Assembly (NCBI GenBank): GCA_013239625.1
Contig: MU053065.1
Span: 62,001 to 126,000, forward strand
DNA length: 64,000 bases
DNA from: Lama guanicoe
Taxonomy: Eukaryota
Reading direction: 5' to 3'
Shown: in pieces, positions 12,224 to 25,712 of the stretch
Layout of the letters: each line of letters opens with the position of its first letter
Position numbering within the stretch: the first letter of the stretch is position 1
Notes under the pieces: model-generated
Databases searched by the model: none
Seen by the model: the letters and a program-made list of their open reading frames with translations, nothing else
What the model was told of the DNA's origin: nothing
Made by a program: the position numbers and the translations under genes

Positions 12224-14930
12224 GAGCTTACGGAGGGGAAGGGAAAAGACAGAGGCCAGAGCGCGCAGGGCCCAGTAAACGCTACTGAAAGGTTTCTGCA
12301 CGTTGTTCTATCTGCGAAAGGAGCACTCTCAGTTTTAGACAGCAAAATAGCCACCAGACTCGTATTTTTAAAACATCACCCTGATGACTTTGAGGGGCTG
12401 TAAACTAGAAAGCGAGAGGCGGGAGGCCAGCTAAAAAGCAGCGACAAGCCTGTCACAATTAGAGAGCGCTCCAACCTTGCGTCAGAAACTCTGAGATCCA
12501 AATGCACAGGCGTGTGTGGAGGAGCGGCCTCAAGAACTGCAAGTCACCAAAACGCACAGAACCTGTCAAAAAGCACAGAAAACTTTTTTTTTTCCAGCTG
12601 ACAAGTTCTTCAAGAAGCATTTTATACACCAGAGGCTGGGAAACCAAGCATGTATTTAAGTTGAGAAAATAATCCGTGTGGGTTGACACCCTCCACACGA
12701 CCGACTTCAGGCCATGGTTTCTTGGTACTCTGCCTGTTATGCCACATTCCGTCATAAGTACAACTAGATATTCTGTACAAAAATCAGCATCCACTCACTG
12801 TCAAAACTCCCCGTAACAAAAATCATTTGCTGCGATGGAAATCAGTTGAAATTTTAAAATCCTACCTAAAAAACACATTTCCATCCTTCAAGGACAAAAA
12901 TTAAACCAAAATAACAAGGAGAAAAGATCTGAGCACTTACTATACGGAAGCTGTAGGCTTTTCCCAGGTTGCTCCGTTCTCACACCACACGCAGGGACGC
13001 AGAGCGACTGTAAGAGCACCTTAGCTGTAACCTCACTCCACAGCTTGTGTTTTGAACCCAGCTGTTTTCAACCCCATCAGACCCAATGCACCCTCTTTTC
13101 AAATTACTCCACTATTCTACTTAAGTTTTTCAAAAAATCAACCCAAGGATCTAATTGCAAAACAAAAGAGAAATTAAAGTAACTTATAATAAAATGTTAC
13201 GTATTTCAACATGTAAATAACTGGGGTTGTATACCGAGGAAGACAAAATGAAGCTTATGTGTCTACAAAGAATCGTGAATGTAAGAGCTAAAAAAACAGA
13301 CTTTTTTGCAGATCTGTGCTACTGTTGACTCAAATACCACTAACGGTGTTGATGAAGTTATTTGCAAAATGGTAACAATTCCTGCACAAGTTCTAAACAA
13401 AATAAAGTAGAACATCCCCTTATTTTATATACTAGTTGCAGTCCTGGAAAATTTAATATCAAAATTATACAAAATTTGTGAAACAGAATCAGATTCTAGA
13501 CTCTTAATTTATACATGGAAATTTCACCAGCTGGGACAGCCTGTGAGACAGTTAAAAAGTCAAACGGGCAATTCTTTGTTTTGCAAGACTACCTTCTGCA
13601 CGATGGAACTTATACCGCCCCTGGCCCCAGCAGCTCCTCCCCTGACCTGTCACAATCAAAAAGCACCCTGACAATCTCCCAGAATGTCCTGAGGGCGAGG
13701 GGAGCACTGCACAGGAGGGCAGCTGTCAGATGCCCCACCCAAAGGCTCCACTTCTGGGTCCTGAAACAGGGTGCTGTGCAAAGCCCTTCTCAGGAAGATT
13801 CTCACACGGCCACGCAGCAGGAGTGACAGGCGTGCCTGGGAGTTCACCTAGAGCCACCAGGCTCTACCTCGTGGGGTGGCCCTCCCTCTAGCTTATCCCA
13901 CCATCTGTAGCCGCAGGAAGGGTCCCGAGCATCCAGAATCTCTAGCAGGACACTTGTTGAACTATCTGTGCATCTGCGGCTGGCCGGATGAATCCCGTGA
14001 TTCTTCGGCTCCTTTACCAGCAGAGGTCAAGACCCGAAGGCACCGCCCAGCATTACCCTGGCTAGCGCTTATCACCATTCCGATCTAACACCCCAGATAT
14101 GACCCCATTTTCCACCCCCCCCACTCTTCCACTATCCTCCAGTCTCAACACCACTCCTCTCTACAGTGGCAGCTTCCTTCAGCGCGCCCTCATCTTCCTG
14201 CCCTATTCGGAGCCTGGCAGAGCTCCCAACATCAGTCCTCCCTCAGCCCTCCCAAGAGCAGCTGTTTATTTTCCCACGTCCCACACACTCGGACAGCAAA
14301 GTGTCCTCCCTGCCTCTGGCTGCTGGTCCCGTACCATTTCCTCTCTGCTGTCTGTCAAAGTTGTCACCCCTCAGATAGTCATACTGTCCCTCTCCCTCCC
14401 CAGAGCCGCCACATCCATTCTCTAGGTCAGTCGCGGAGTTCCCGGCCTCCTTCCCAACCGCCCTGCTCCTCCGGCATCACCCTCAGTGATGACACCCACA
14501 CGGCAGACGCATCCACCACTGCCACCTTCTCACCCACGTCGGCCCCCACCCCTGCACCCGGACGTCACCAGTAACTGTGTCACCTCTGAAACCTCAATCC
14601 AAGCATCTCCCTCTTTAACCACCACCCTTGCGACTCAGTCTCCCTTCTCACAAACCTCCTCCAGTGAGCCGCACCCGCGCCCCACTCCTCACCAGCACCC
14701 TGCTGTCTTCTTCCTGGGTGTCTAGACCCCGCGGAATGTCCCGATGCTCTACCTCACAAACACGGTGAGTTGACCGTCATCCCTCTCTTCCTCCTTGGTC
14801 CTTGCCAGGCAAACCTCAATCCTAGAAACATGTCATTCATTATAGACCTACTTTATTCTTGAACTCGAGCTGAATGCTTGCACTCCACTGCCCACGTGAG
14901 CAGGCTGTTCTAACTTTAAACAGTCACCAA

Positions 14931-15114
14931 GATAAACAAGATTATACTGTGTAGCACAGGGAAATAGATACAAGATCTTGTGGTAGCTCACAGAGAAAAA
15001 AGTGGGACAATGAATATATATATGTTCATGTATAACTGAAAAATTGTGCTCTACACTGGAATTTGATACATTGTAAAATGATTATAAATCAATAAAAAAC
15101 GTTAAAAAACAAAA
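14931..15114 (+). mobile_element. 5'-truncated lineage-specific L1 3' end
   Basis: L1 3'UTR with AATAAA and A-tail. TSD AAACAGTCACCAA at 14918-14930 and 15115-15127, preceded by TTT (endonuclease-type site). Confidence 0.9.
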
Positions 15115-15641
15115 AAACAGTCACCAATACCAAGCCCCAGCCAGTCCATGAATCCCACTGCATTCTCCAGTAAGTCAGGTTCCCACACACACCTCTGTCT
15201 GAGGCCCTCCCAGTCTCAGGCAATGACCTCACCTCCTACTTCACAGAGAAAATAGAATCATGACAAATGACCCATCCTCCCACTGCCACCTCTGTCAACC
15301 CATCAGACCATAGCCGCCCTTTCTTTTAAAAAGGAAAATGTGTTTCTGCTCTTATCAGTGACCAAGCCCTTGATGAAACTGATCTAGGAAAAGACAGAAA
15401 ATAGTTTTAGGAACAAAGTCCTTGAGCAGAATAGGAAATAGGATTACTTTATTCTGTTTAATGACATCATTCAAATTATTACACTAGTTCTAGTAACTCT
15501 TATTTATTTATAACTGCTATTTTAACATTTTTGTCTACTAATTCTACATTACCTGGGTTACTTCTGTGTGTCTTTCTGTTTTAACTTTTCCTCAGTTACT
15601 GGTTAGATTTTAAAGCTTCGTTGCACACCTGGTAATTTTTT

Positions 15642-17069
15642 TAAAACACCTTTATGGTGGTCTGGTTCCTGTACAGTAAACTACACATGTTTCAGATGTA
15701 CAGTTTGATGCATTATGATAGATGTACACACCTGTGAAATCACCACAGACACAATCAGGAGAGCTGACATTTCCATCCCTCCCCCAAAAGGTGCAATTTT
15801 TGAATTCCCAATTTATCCCTTCCCACCCCCTTTACCCACCGGTAACCGTAAGTTTGTTCTCTTATGTCTATGAGTCTGTTTCTGTTTTGTAGACAAGTTT
15901 ATTTGTGTCCTTTTCTCCCCCCCAAGATTCCACACATAAGCAGTATCTATGGCATTTTTCTTTCTCTTTCTGGCTTACTTCACTTAGAATGGCGATCTCC
16001 AGGTCCATCCACATTGTTGCAAATGGCATTTTTTCTTTTTTATGGCTAAGAAGTATTCCATCATATAAATATACCACATCTTTACCCAGTCATTTGTCAA
16101 TGGACACTGGGGTTGTTTCCATGTGTTGGCTATTGTAAACAGTGCTGCTGTGAACACCGGGATGCATGTATCTTTTTGAATTATATTTTTCTCCAGGTAT
16201 ATGCACAGGAGTGGGACTGATGGATCATACAGTAAGTCTATTTTTAGTTTTTTAAGGAACCTCCATACTGTTCTCCATAGTGGCTGCACCAATGTGCATT
16301 CCCACCAACAGTGAAGGAGGGTTCCCTTTTCTCCACACTCTCCAGTATTTATCGTTTGCAGACTTTTTAATGACGGCCATTCCAATTGGTGTGAGGTCAT
16401 ATCTCATTGTAGTTTTCATTTGCATTTCTCTAACAATTAGTGACGTTGAGCATCTTTTCACGTCCTTGTTGACCACCTGGATACCTTCTTTGGAGAAATG
16501 TCAATTTAGTTCTTCATTCTTCAGCCCAATTTTTGACTGGGTTACTTGTTATTAAGGTGTATGAGCTGTCTGTATGTTCTGGAAATTAGTCCTTTGTCAA
16601 TTGCATCATTTGCAAATATTTCCTCCCATTCTGTAGGTTGTCTTTTCATTTTGTTGATGGTATCCTTGGCTGTGCAAAGCTACAGTACTCAAAGCAGTAC
16701 GGTACTGGCACAAAAACAAACACATAGATCAATGAAACAGGATAGAAAGTCCAGAAATAAACCCATGCACTTATAGTCAATTAATCTATGACAAAGGAGG
16801 CAAGAATATACGATGGAGAAAAGACAGTCTCTTCAGTAAGTGGTGCTGGGAGAACTGGACAGCTACCTGTCCATTTTCTAACACCATATACAAAAATAAA
16901 CTCAAAATGGATTACAGACCTAAATGTAAGACCAGACACTACAAAACTCCTAGAGGAAAACACTGCCAGAACACTCTTGGACATACATCACAGCAATGTA
17001 TTTTTTGAACCAGCTCCTGGAGTAGTAGAAATAAAAGCAAAAATAAATGGGAGCTAATCAAACCTAAAA
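15642..17069 (-). mobile_element. L1 with 5' inversion (ORF2 3' part plus 3'UTR)
   Basis: ~15793-16680 is minus-strand ORF2 C-terminus/3'UTR ([24 protein letters not shown]). 16681-17069 is the adjacent upstream ORF2 part on plus ([20 protein letters not shown]). 19-bp TSD GCACACCTGGTAATTTTTT at 15623-15641 and 17070-17088. Confidence 0.92.
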
Positions 17070-17779
17070 GCACACCTGGTAATTTTTTCACTGGATGCCA
17101 AACACTAAGTTTCATACTCCACGACCTGTTAGTATTTATTTCAGCGCCTGGGGGCTTTACTCTGGGACTGTTACCTGAATGCGTTGCACCCTCTGAGGCT
17201 AATGCTCAGTCTTTATTAGGGCGAGTCCAGGCTCGTTTAGGCTAGAGCTGATCTGTCCCCACTACTAAGAAGTAACCCTTCGGAGAGCTCTGATCTGATG
17301 CCCTCTGTGTTAGGGGGTCTTTCCACCCCAGTGAGGACACAGCACACTCCCAGCCTCACGCAAGCTCCCAGAAATGCTTCTCCTACTTCTTGCCAGCAGC
17401 TTTCCCCCCAGTCTCAGAAGCCTCCCCATAGACAGGCTCAGATCATCACGTCAGTTTTCAGCCAAAGACTCAAGAGACCTCTCTGCAGATCCCTGTGCAT
17501 CTCTGGTACCTTGCTCTGAACCCACTTCCGCCTCCCCACTCGGAATTCTGTCTTTTCAACTCAAGGAGTCACCTGTGCTTGTAGCCTGGAAACTCTTAGG
17601 TGGTGACCGGGGCAATGGCGGCTCGGCTCTGCTCCCCCAGCCCATCTGCGGCAACTCTGTGACTCATTCTTAGAAGAAATCATGTGCAGATCCCCTCAAC
17701 CCCTCCAGCTGTCGGCCTTTTTCTTCTGCTCCTCTTGGTAGCGGAACTCTTTCAAAGAGTCGTCTATGTTTGCTACGAC

Positions 17780-18860
17780 CCTTTGTTTATCTTTCGGTAT
17801 TTCTTCTTTCCCAACTGCATTTTCCTTCCCACCACAAATAGGACAGCAGCACGCATCTGATCAGAATAAGCGGTCACTTCCCCTCCTCATATTCTCAGTG
17901 GACGTAGTTAACCACTGTCCTTCCTTCTGGAGACACCTTTCTCCTCATTTGCCTCCTACTTCTCCAATAGCTCCTCCTCTACTTGAGCCTCAAGGCACAG
18001 CTTTAAAAACCACCTACATCCCAAAGACTTTCAAATTTATGGTACCAGCCCATGGCTTCTAAATCTCACACTATTCTAGTGCAAACTGCTCTAATGCATT
18101 ACGTTCCTGCACACACAATTAAATACGAATGGCTAAGAGGCCCTTCACACTAAGCCCATCCTTTATACCCCTCCCTCCTCCGGTTCCCCCTCTTAACCAT
18201 CCATCCACCCAGCTGCTCAGGGCAAAAGTCAGGGGTTATCTCTGATTCCTTGTCTCCATCTAGTACATCCAAATCTGTCAGCCACATCCTGTTGGTCCTA
18301 CCTGCAATCCAACCATTCTCTTCTTCGCTGCTGCTGCTGCCACCCTGATTAAAGCACCATCAACTCACTCCTGCCCCATATGACTTTCTCCACATGGTAG
18401 TGAGAAGAATCTTGAAAAAAACAATTCAGATTATGTCAGTCCCTTGCCTGAACGTCTCTACAGGCTTACTTCATCTCACAGCCACCCACTCCTTGTACAG
18501 CCGACATTACCTCCCCAGATACAGACCCCTGACTTCCTCCAGGCCTTCCGCTCATACCACACGGCCCTCTGCCACTCTGCTCCAGCCACCGGGCCTTCTC
18601 TCTGCTCCTGCCTCAGCCTCTCTGCAGCTGGGGGCTCTCTGCCTTGGATGCTCCGCACCCAGGTCTTCACAGGGCTGGCTCCTCCCACCACTCAAGCTTC
18701 ACATCCAATGTTCCTCGACTGACTATGCAAAGAAATTCCCGCCCTTCTCCTTCCACCTGAAATTCTGTCCTGTCCTGTTCCACTGCCATATAAAAGTTGT
18801 TACTTTTTAACTTTTATTTATTTGCTTCTTGTCTGTGTCTTCTCATTAGAATTCAGTCAT
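17780..18860 (+). mobile_element. L2 LINE remnant
   Basis: Pyrimidine-rich L2-like motifs (CATCCACCCAGCTGCTCAGGGCAAAAGTCAGGGGTTATCTCTGATTCC; CAATTCAGATTATGTCAGTCCC). Confidence 0.6.
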
Positions 18861-21800
18861 CCAATGAAACAGACACTGAACACCGACTGCATGCCAGCCT
18901 GTCGGGTGCTGTAAGCACAGCAGTCAGGGAGGCAGACAAGCCCCGCCCCCCGGCACAGCCAGGCCCCCCGGCCACGAGGAGGGGGCTGCTTGTTCACGGC
19001 CGCGCCGGCGGGCCAGCAACAGTCCTTACTCACTGGGAAGGTACGATGGATATTTGCCACAAAAATGAATGGAAACACATTTATCTCTATTTTCTTAGTC
19101 TTTGTACAATATATCTCAAAAGCTTCCTCTCAGCTACTAGGGCAATGATTCAATTCTTGCTGTAGACTTCAAAACAGCCGTGTTTATATGCAGTTTCCCC
19201 TTCAGACTCTACCACCTTATAGGTAAAGCACGAATTTGCAACCATCACTATACACTTCTGGCTCTAATTTCACATTCTCATAACAGTCACAGCATTCTGT
19301 GACCACCACACCCATTTACATTCAAGTCCTTCAGAACGGGAACCCTCCCAGACTAAGCTGGAACCCGCTACCCAGGCGCCAGACCACTTTCACTCCTGTG
19401 TAAATTATGCTTCGGTAACATGCAAATGAAGCCGCCAGCTAAAGACTTCGTGATTATTCTACAAACACACAGAACACGTATGAAAACAGACCTAAATATA
19501 AATACACTGGTGACGTAATACAACCATTACTCCAAGAAAGCAACACAGTCCTACCTCATCTTGCAGTCAAGAAAACACACACAGAAGCTGGAGGAGGCCT
19601 TAGGTCTGAGGACTCCCAGATTGATGTTCTTCCCACCTAATAATCACCTACATTTAAAGACATGAGTTTTCACAACTACATCATACAATTCTTTAAGGAC
19701 AGAGAACACACCTGACACATTTATACCAGATAGTCCTAAACACAAGGGGTTGTATAAATGTAAACAGTTTTGAATGGCAACAAAAAGCGAGGTGATTCTA
19801 ACCCTCAATTAGTACTTGGTAATGAAGAAATTCATGTGCACAGCACTCTTGCCTACATCTCAGAGCCCCCTCATACGGCCGGTGAAAAGACACTGAAGTT
19901 CATTCAAGTAAGGTTCACCGACTTGTCAAAGGCCACAAACACCAAAGTACATTTTTCTCAGAGGAAATACAACGGCTACTTTTGATTCCAGGATAATCAA
20001 AATAATTCATCCCAATATATAAAAAGATTTGAGCCTGTGTTAAATTATGCACAGGACATTTTAAGCCTCAGGTCATCTCTGCCCCTGAATTTACTAAGGC
20101 TACATCATACTTCTTCAGGCAGTACTTGCTATACTGAAGGAAATTCAACCAAAATGATTTGCTTTAATTACCTGTTGCAAAATTCTGCAAATTGTCACCA
20201 CGCATATCCGAAACTCAACCAACTTTTAAAAGATAACCTTGGTAACAACAAATAACTGAGGAAAAGCTCCGCCTTTTAAAGGGCCCATTATACCCCCATT
20301 CATCCAAGCTACAACCCAGGCAATGACCTGCGTGCCCTGTCTACAAGTTTGTTTTTGGTTTTCATCCACCTATATTGGGGCTGGTGGATGACATTCAATT
20401 CATATACTTAAAGGTGTAAAGCTAGGTATCCACTATGTCCAAAATACTGAAAATGCTCAAAACCGCTACCTATAATCAGAGGCCTTTAATCACCTTGATT
20501 AAGAAACACTTGCCACACTTACCAACGTGAAGAAGACAAGTCAGCTTCAAGTAGTTACTGAAAGTAGTTCTAGCAAGTTGTTTAAAACATTTGAATCACT
20601 TGTTTTCTTGTTGATCTCCCCCATGAATTGATTTACTCTCACAGGGAAATTACTGTAATATAATCACACTTACAGTACATACATACTTGCATGTATATAT
20701 GTATACTTAAATTACACATATAAAGGTTCAAAACTTACTTTCAAAGTAAAAAGACACAAAATCTAGTTCTGCCTAAATATTTCATAACCTCAGACTGCTT
20801 TTGCACTTAAGAGACTCACAATTCATCTTATTCCCGAATTACAATATGAAATTCTCATTTCCTTGTGGGTTGTCTTCTTCCAAGAAACAGAATCACAAAC
20901 CATAGCATCACTTCATGGTGTTACTGCTCCTTTTAAAATGCTACCCACTGGTTTAAAAGTACGCTTTAAACAACTGCTGATAACAAGTACCCGTACTTTT
21001 TCAGGAAAACTGAATCACAAATAGAACCCACACCTTCACATCTACAAACAGAGCTCTTGCCGTCACGCACGCACGTGGACACACATCTCCCATCTGTTTC
21101 CTCACCACAGACCGCGGTGTCGCAGAATGCAGAATACAGACACCACCAAAACCTTGTCTGTTTTATAAGACAAGATACTAGGAATGGCTGGTCTAATATT
21201 TAATCCCAGCCACAGACTCATGAAGCTGTAAGCACAGGTCACTGCCCCTGGCTCACAACTTGAAGACACCCTCACTTCGACGGCACTTTTACTGAAGCCC
21301 TGTTAAGAGAAAGGAAAGGCAGTTCTGCACAAATCCCATTACAGACCGTGAGCACCCACAAAACACCACTAGCTACAAGAGCCCACTCATTTCCACGATT
21401 GTTTTATAAGAAAATGAAGTCTAAGTTCAAATGGTACTAACCCAAAATCTTAACTGTCAAAAGGACGCTGAAACGAGAGCTAACATGGAGACTTCAGGTG
21501 CCTGACGCACGTTTTCAAGTCTCCTCAGTCTTCCTGAATTGCCTACAGCCTTTAATTTTTCTTAAGTCGATGTCATAACTTCCATACTAATGAAACCAAA
21601 ATGACTCAGTTTGAAATCTTAACCTTGAGCTTTCTTATCAAAATTATCAAAATCTTGAGAGATTGGTGACAAATACCAATTTTCTCCCCACAGAAATATC
21701 ATCATCACACAATTTTATAGGCGTATCATGGGATTCGCTACTTCCAGCATCATTTCCACGTAACCCTCAGATCCCCAGCTTAGAAACTCAATGATACCTT

Positions 21801-24800
21801 GGGTAGGGTAGAAACTTGAAACTAGACTTTATTATTGCTTCTCAATTATCTTTGATTTTAACTATGCTATTTGGAACTAACTATGCTTAATGGAAAAACT
21901 CCAAATATTCTCAATTCCTCTCTAATTCAAACTATCTGTAAAAATTGAACTTTGCTTCTAGGACAACTGACATTTCACGTATCTCTTTTCACTTCCAATG
22001 CAGTGGACAGAATGCAGGAATCTACATTAAGGACTAAAAAAATCTTGGTTTACAAAATTTTAAATAAAAAATTCTTGGTTTCTTAAAAAAAATAAGAAGT
22101 CAAACTTAAATTCATCATTGAAAGTGACTTAAGCTTTTTTATAAAACAGAAAAACTAGATTTTTATCAAGTTTTAAAAGCATAGTGCTTATTTTTTAACA
22201 GAGATATGTACATATTTCCAACTTCCCAATTAAAAATGAAAAACACCAACCTGTCTACTTTGTGAACTTGCTTTTAATGACACTGGTACTGGGTCAGCAA
22301 CGAAGGATATACTTTTAGAGAAAAGACAGGTGTACAAGACTATTTTGTCTGTTCAGAGAGCCCTATTAAAATCAGGTGTTGGGTCGTGATGGCTAGACCC
22401 TACTTCTAACAGTCCCAAAGGTGACTGTGCAGGGCAGTTATCAATGCAGTGCCATCATAAACATCTTAATTACATCACTCGTCCAATCCTAAACGGTCTC
22501 AGTGACAGGAAAGAGGGTAAGCCCCACCCCTTACAACAAACTGAGTCACACACCCTGGCATCCCAATGAAAAAGTTAACTGCGACAGGAACCTAGCAGCT
22601 CCATTGGGCTACGTATCACTTTAAAACCCACTTTCCTGAAGTGAGAACCATCCCTAAAGGAGAATTATACCTTAACATAAAGCTCCAATTTTAACCAAAA
22701 TAAATCAATTTCAATGAAAACATCTGATAGTACTGCTATCTTGGAAAAACTATCCTTTCAATTAAAGGTGAAGCCGAGGCACTAAGTATTTTAACATTTC
22801 TAATTTTAAAGTTAAGATTACCATCTTAAAATTAAAATGTTAAAAAATTATAATGGTGCAACCACTGTGCCTCCATTTGCTTAAATTTTTGGCCATTTTT
22901 ACACCCCTAAGGGACTCATTTATTTCATATTTACAGCTGATAGTCTATTGATTTCCTGATTTGAAAATTACCTCTGTAAATCATTAAATCAAAGTCTTTA
23001 CTTTTAAATCAAAAACTGTTACTTTTTGATTTATCAAGTTACAATGCATTACAGTCAAGCCCTTTCATTTATTAAAACCTGGAGTTATTTCTCAATCCTA
23101 CTAAATCATGAAAAAACGATTAACTGTTCTAAAGTTGAGTAAAATTCATGTTGAGGGGCGGGGTGAGGGAATTTCTATTAAGTTGTTTCTTAAAAATTAA
23201 GAGGCATTCCTAATTAATTAGGGCATTGTGTTCAGCTTATAATGCTAAAATAAGTTAAATGAGAATATATTAGTGTTATTTTCCCAGTGTTTAGATTCAG
23301 CATTTCTGTCCTTTACCACAGAAACAAAATATGGTAACAATTATCAGGTAGTTCACATGACAATTCTGCAGATACATGTGATCATGAAACGCCTTCTTAA
23401 TAAGGTGAAGTCCTCAACTGTCCTATCCAAAACTGCCCCCTCCTTCACGAGCATCAGTTAGACTTCGTCTAAACCAGTCACTCAGTTCAGGTTCTAGGTC
23501 ACTCCTGAGCCTACCCAATGCGTCAATCAGAGGCATAACCTTTCGTCTTTCTAAGCAGTGTTATCACTGGCCAGCCAATTATCATCAAGTTTGTTTCCCT
23601 AAGGTTAACTCAGGATTCAATTTCCTCTACTTGTGCTCAGCACACATTTTCAACGTTAATGTGCTCCCTGCAGGACCGTGATCTGCACGGCCTCCCCCTC
23701 CCACCAGGATCAACCACAGGTGGGGGTGCTAACGTCCTTCTATTAAGTTCAGTACCCACCCCTGAGGTCCACGCTTCACTGGTCTTAGCTTTGGTTGGGT
23801 GTGAAGTGAAACAAACTCTAAACAAATGATGGGAAAACGTAGTCTGAAGGGGGAAAAAATGCCACAAATTAGGGACTCGACATGTTACAAACAAACGACA
23901 TCCACTGCACTATAAAACATCAAAATTATTTCAGGGAACAAAAATTATCTGCCAAATTTAATAGGCACTGATACTTGAGCTCAGCTCCGCTTTCCAAGGT
24001 GTCCACAGAAGCGAGACTTCAGAATTTCTAGTGCCGGTAGTGTGTCTGTTTTATCAAGGCTCCCCCCTTCCGTGGCTGCAAAACCAGAGCCACAAGTTAA
24101 TTTCCAGGGCAGTGTTAACATCAACACCCCAACTTTAAAGTATTATCGGTAAAACTTATAAGCAGAAACAAAAATAAAACCAAAAGACAAGATTCTGCAG
24201 TCACAAGTGCTTTAATTGTTAAAACAAATCACTTACTTGAAAATAAACAAGTGGCACCATTCTGCTCTAAAGCCGATACAGGTGAACGGAATCAGGAGGG
24301 TCGGTGTCACAGCGGGCACCAGGCCGCACACCCCCGGCCGCGCGCTGATCGCTGAGCTTACTATCTGCGAAGTCACAGTCAGGACACCACTCTCCGAAGT
24401 GACATCCATCTGTCACACTCTGACTTTAAAAGGTTAAACAGCCCGAACAGTTTAAAGAACTTTATTTTCAAAAATCAACATTACAGAGCATAATTACTAC
24501 ATTTAAATTTCTTAACAGTCCAAGTTTCCACAAAACCGTAGCCCAAATCCAGCGACTCCTCGACCTCCTCGAACTGTCATCACTGCGCCCTGTTTCAGGC
24601 CGCACCTGAAAACCAAGGTGCGCGGCTCACGAGAGTCGGGGGGCTCCGTCACCCGGCGTCCGACCCGACCTCCGCGTCAGGCGCGGCCACGGCGGCGGCG
24701 AAGCGCCGGCGCGCGGTCAACACTGAACCCCCCACAATTCAGTAAGGCGGTGAGACTTCTGCGGAGGCGGTCACTTCACCGAGCTCGGGGATGCAGGAGC

Positions 24801-25125
24801 GAGAGCCCTCCTTCTGAACGTACACCTGTAACATCTACTCAAACTGGGTCTCTCGTCCCCTAGGTTGAGAAACCAGCGATCAGGCCACACAGGTTTTACG
24901 GGGGGCGGGGGGGACTGCAATTAAGAAAGTTACAGGCTTCAGAAGAGCCACGTGCGCCCCCCAAACCTGCAGCGTCTCCTCAAGGACCAAAGAAACAGTC
25001 CGGACAGCGCGCTCCGCCGCCCTCCGCGTCCGCAGAGCCGGGGAAGGGACGCGCGAGCCCCGGGACCCGGCGGCGGGGCCAGCCTGCCGCGGGCGAGCAC
25101 GCGCCCCCCCGGCCCCCGCCCCCCG

Positions 25126-25262
25126 NNNNNNNNNNNNNNNNNNNNNNNNNNNNNNNNNNNNNNNNNNNNNNNNNNNNNNNNNNNNNNNNNNNNNNNNNNN
25201 NNNNNNNNNNNNNNNNNNNNNNNNNNNNNNNNNNNNNNNNNNNNNNNNNNNNNNNNNNNNNN
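25126..25262. other. Assembly gap (137 N) in the GC-rich island
   Basis: Run of N flanked by very GC-rich sequence. Confidence 0.99.
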
Positions 25263-25267
25263 ACGAC

Positions 25268-25301
25268 CACAAAATGGCTGCCGGCAGCCTCGTCACGTGA
25301 C
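25268..25301. promoter_or_regulatory. YY1 site plus palindromic E-box (USF/MiT-TFE CLEAR type)
   Basis: CACAAAATGGCTGCC at 25268-25282 and GTCACGTGAC at 25292-25301. Confidence 0.65.
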
Positions 25302-25464
25302 CCCTTTGTGCTTTTCGGGCGCCCGAACTCGGCGGGGCCCGGGTCCAAGTGGCCAGGGTCGGCGGGTGGCCCGAGAGGAGGCCCCGCCGGGCCGGGGCGG
25401 CCGGGGGCCGCGGCCGGGGCGGCGGGGGCAGGCCCGGCCGGCGCCGGGAGTCGGCGGCGGAGAG

Positions 25465-25481
25465 AAGATGGCGGCCATTTT
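25465..25481. promoter_or_regulatory. Overlapping double YY1 site
   Basis: AAGATGGCGGCCATTTT contains the YY1 consensus AANATGGC on both strands. Confidence 0.75.
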
Positions 25482-25558
25482 GTGAGGGTCTGTGCTCCGC
25501 CGCGGGCAGCGGAGGGAGCGGGCCTGGCGGCGGGTCGGACAGGGGAGTTAACACGTAC

Positions 25559-25711
25559 CGACTCCTCTTCCTTCTCCATTCCGGTGGGCATCTGCGGCAC
25601 GGCCCGGTTTATCGAGGCGTATTCGTGCAGGTCGGGCAGATCCTCACAGCGGAAAACCGGCAGCGGCTTCGAGGCGTCTAGCGCCCGCGCCCGAAACGAC
25701 AGTTTACTCAT
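25559..25711 (-). CDS. EPC1: EPC1 coding exon 1 (N-terminus of the EPcA domain), 153 nt, phase-0 donor
   Basis: Translates to MSKLSFRARALDASKPLPVFRCEDLPDLHEYASINRAVPQMPTGMEKEEES, the recognisable N-terminus of vertebrate EPC1. It is followed by the donor TCG|GTACGT (GT at 25558-25557) and lies in a CpG island. Confidence 0.97.
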
Positions 25712-25712
25712 C

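Larger units (their letters stand above)
1..25558 (-). other. EPC1: EPC1 intron 1 (continues beyond the window start)
   Basis: Follows the exon 1 donor. No sequence encoding the expected next residues (EHHLQRAI...) was seen; the content is mostly old repeats and AT-rich unique DNA. Confidence 0.85.

Noticed and set aside
15864..17057. ORFs resembling reverse-transcriptase protein (also 57923-58322 and 61163-61438)
   Set aside because: Frameshifted L1 ORF2 remnants, not host genes.
24980..25558. Continuation of the 243-aa ORF beyond EEES
   Set aside because: Read-through of the splice donor into GC-rich intron and across an N gap; similarity to EPC1 ends at the donor.
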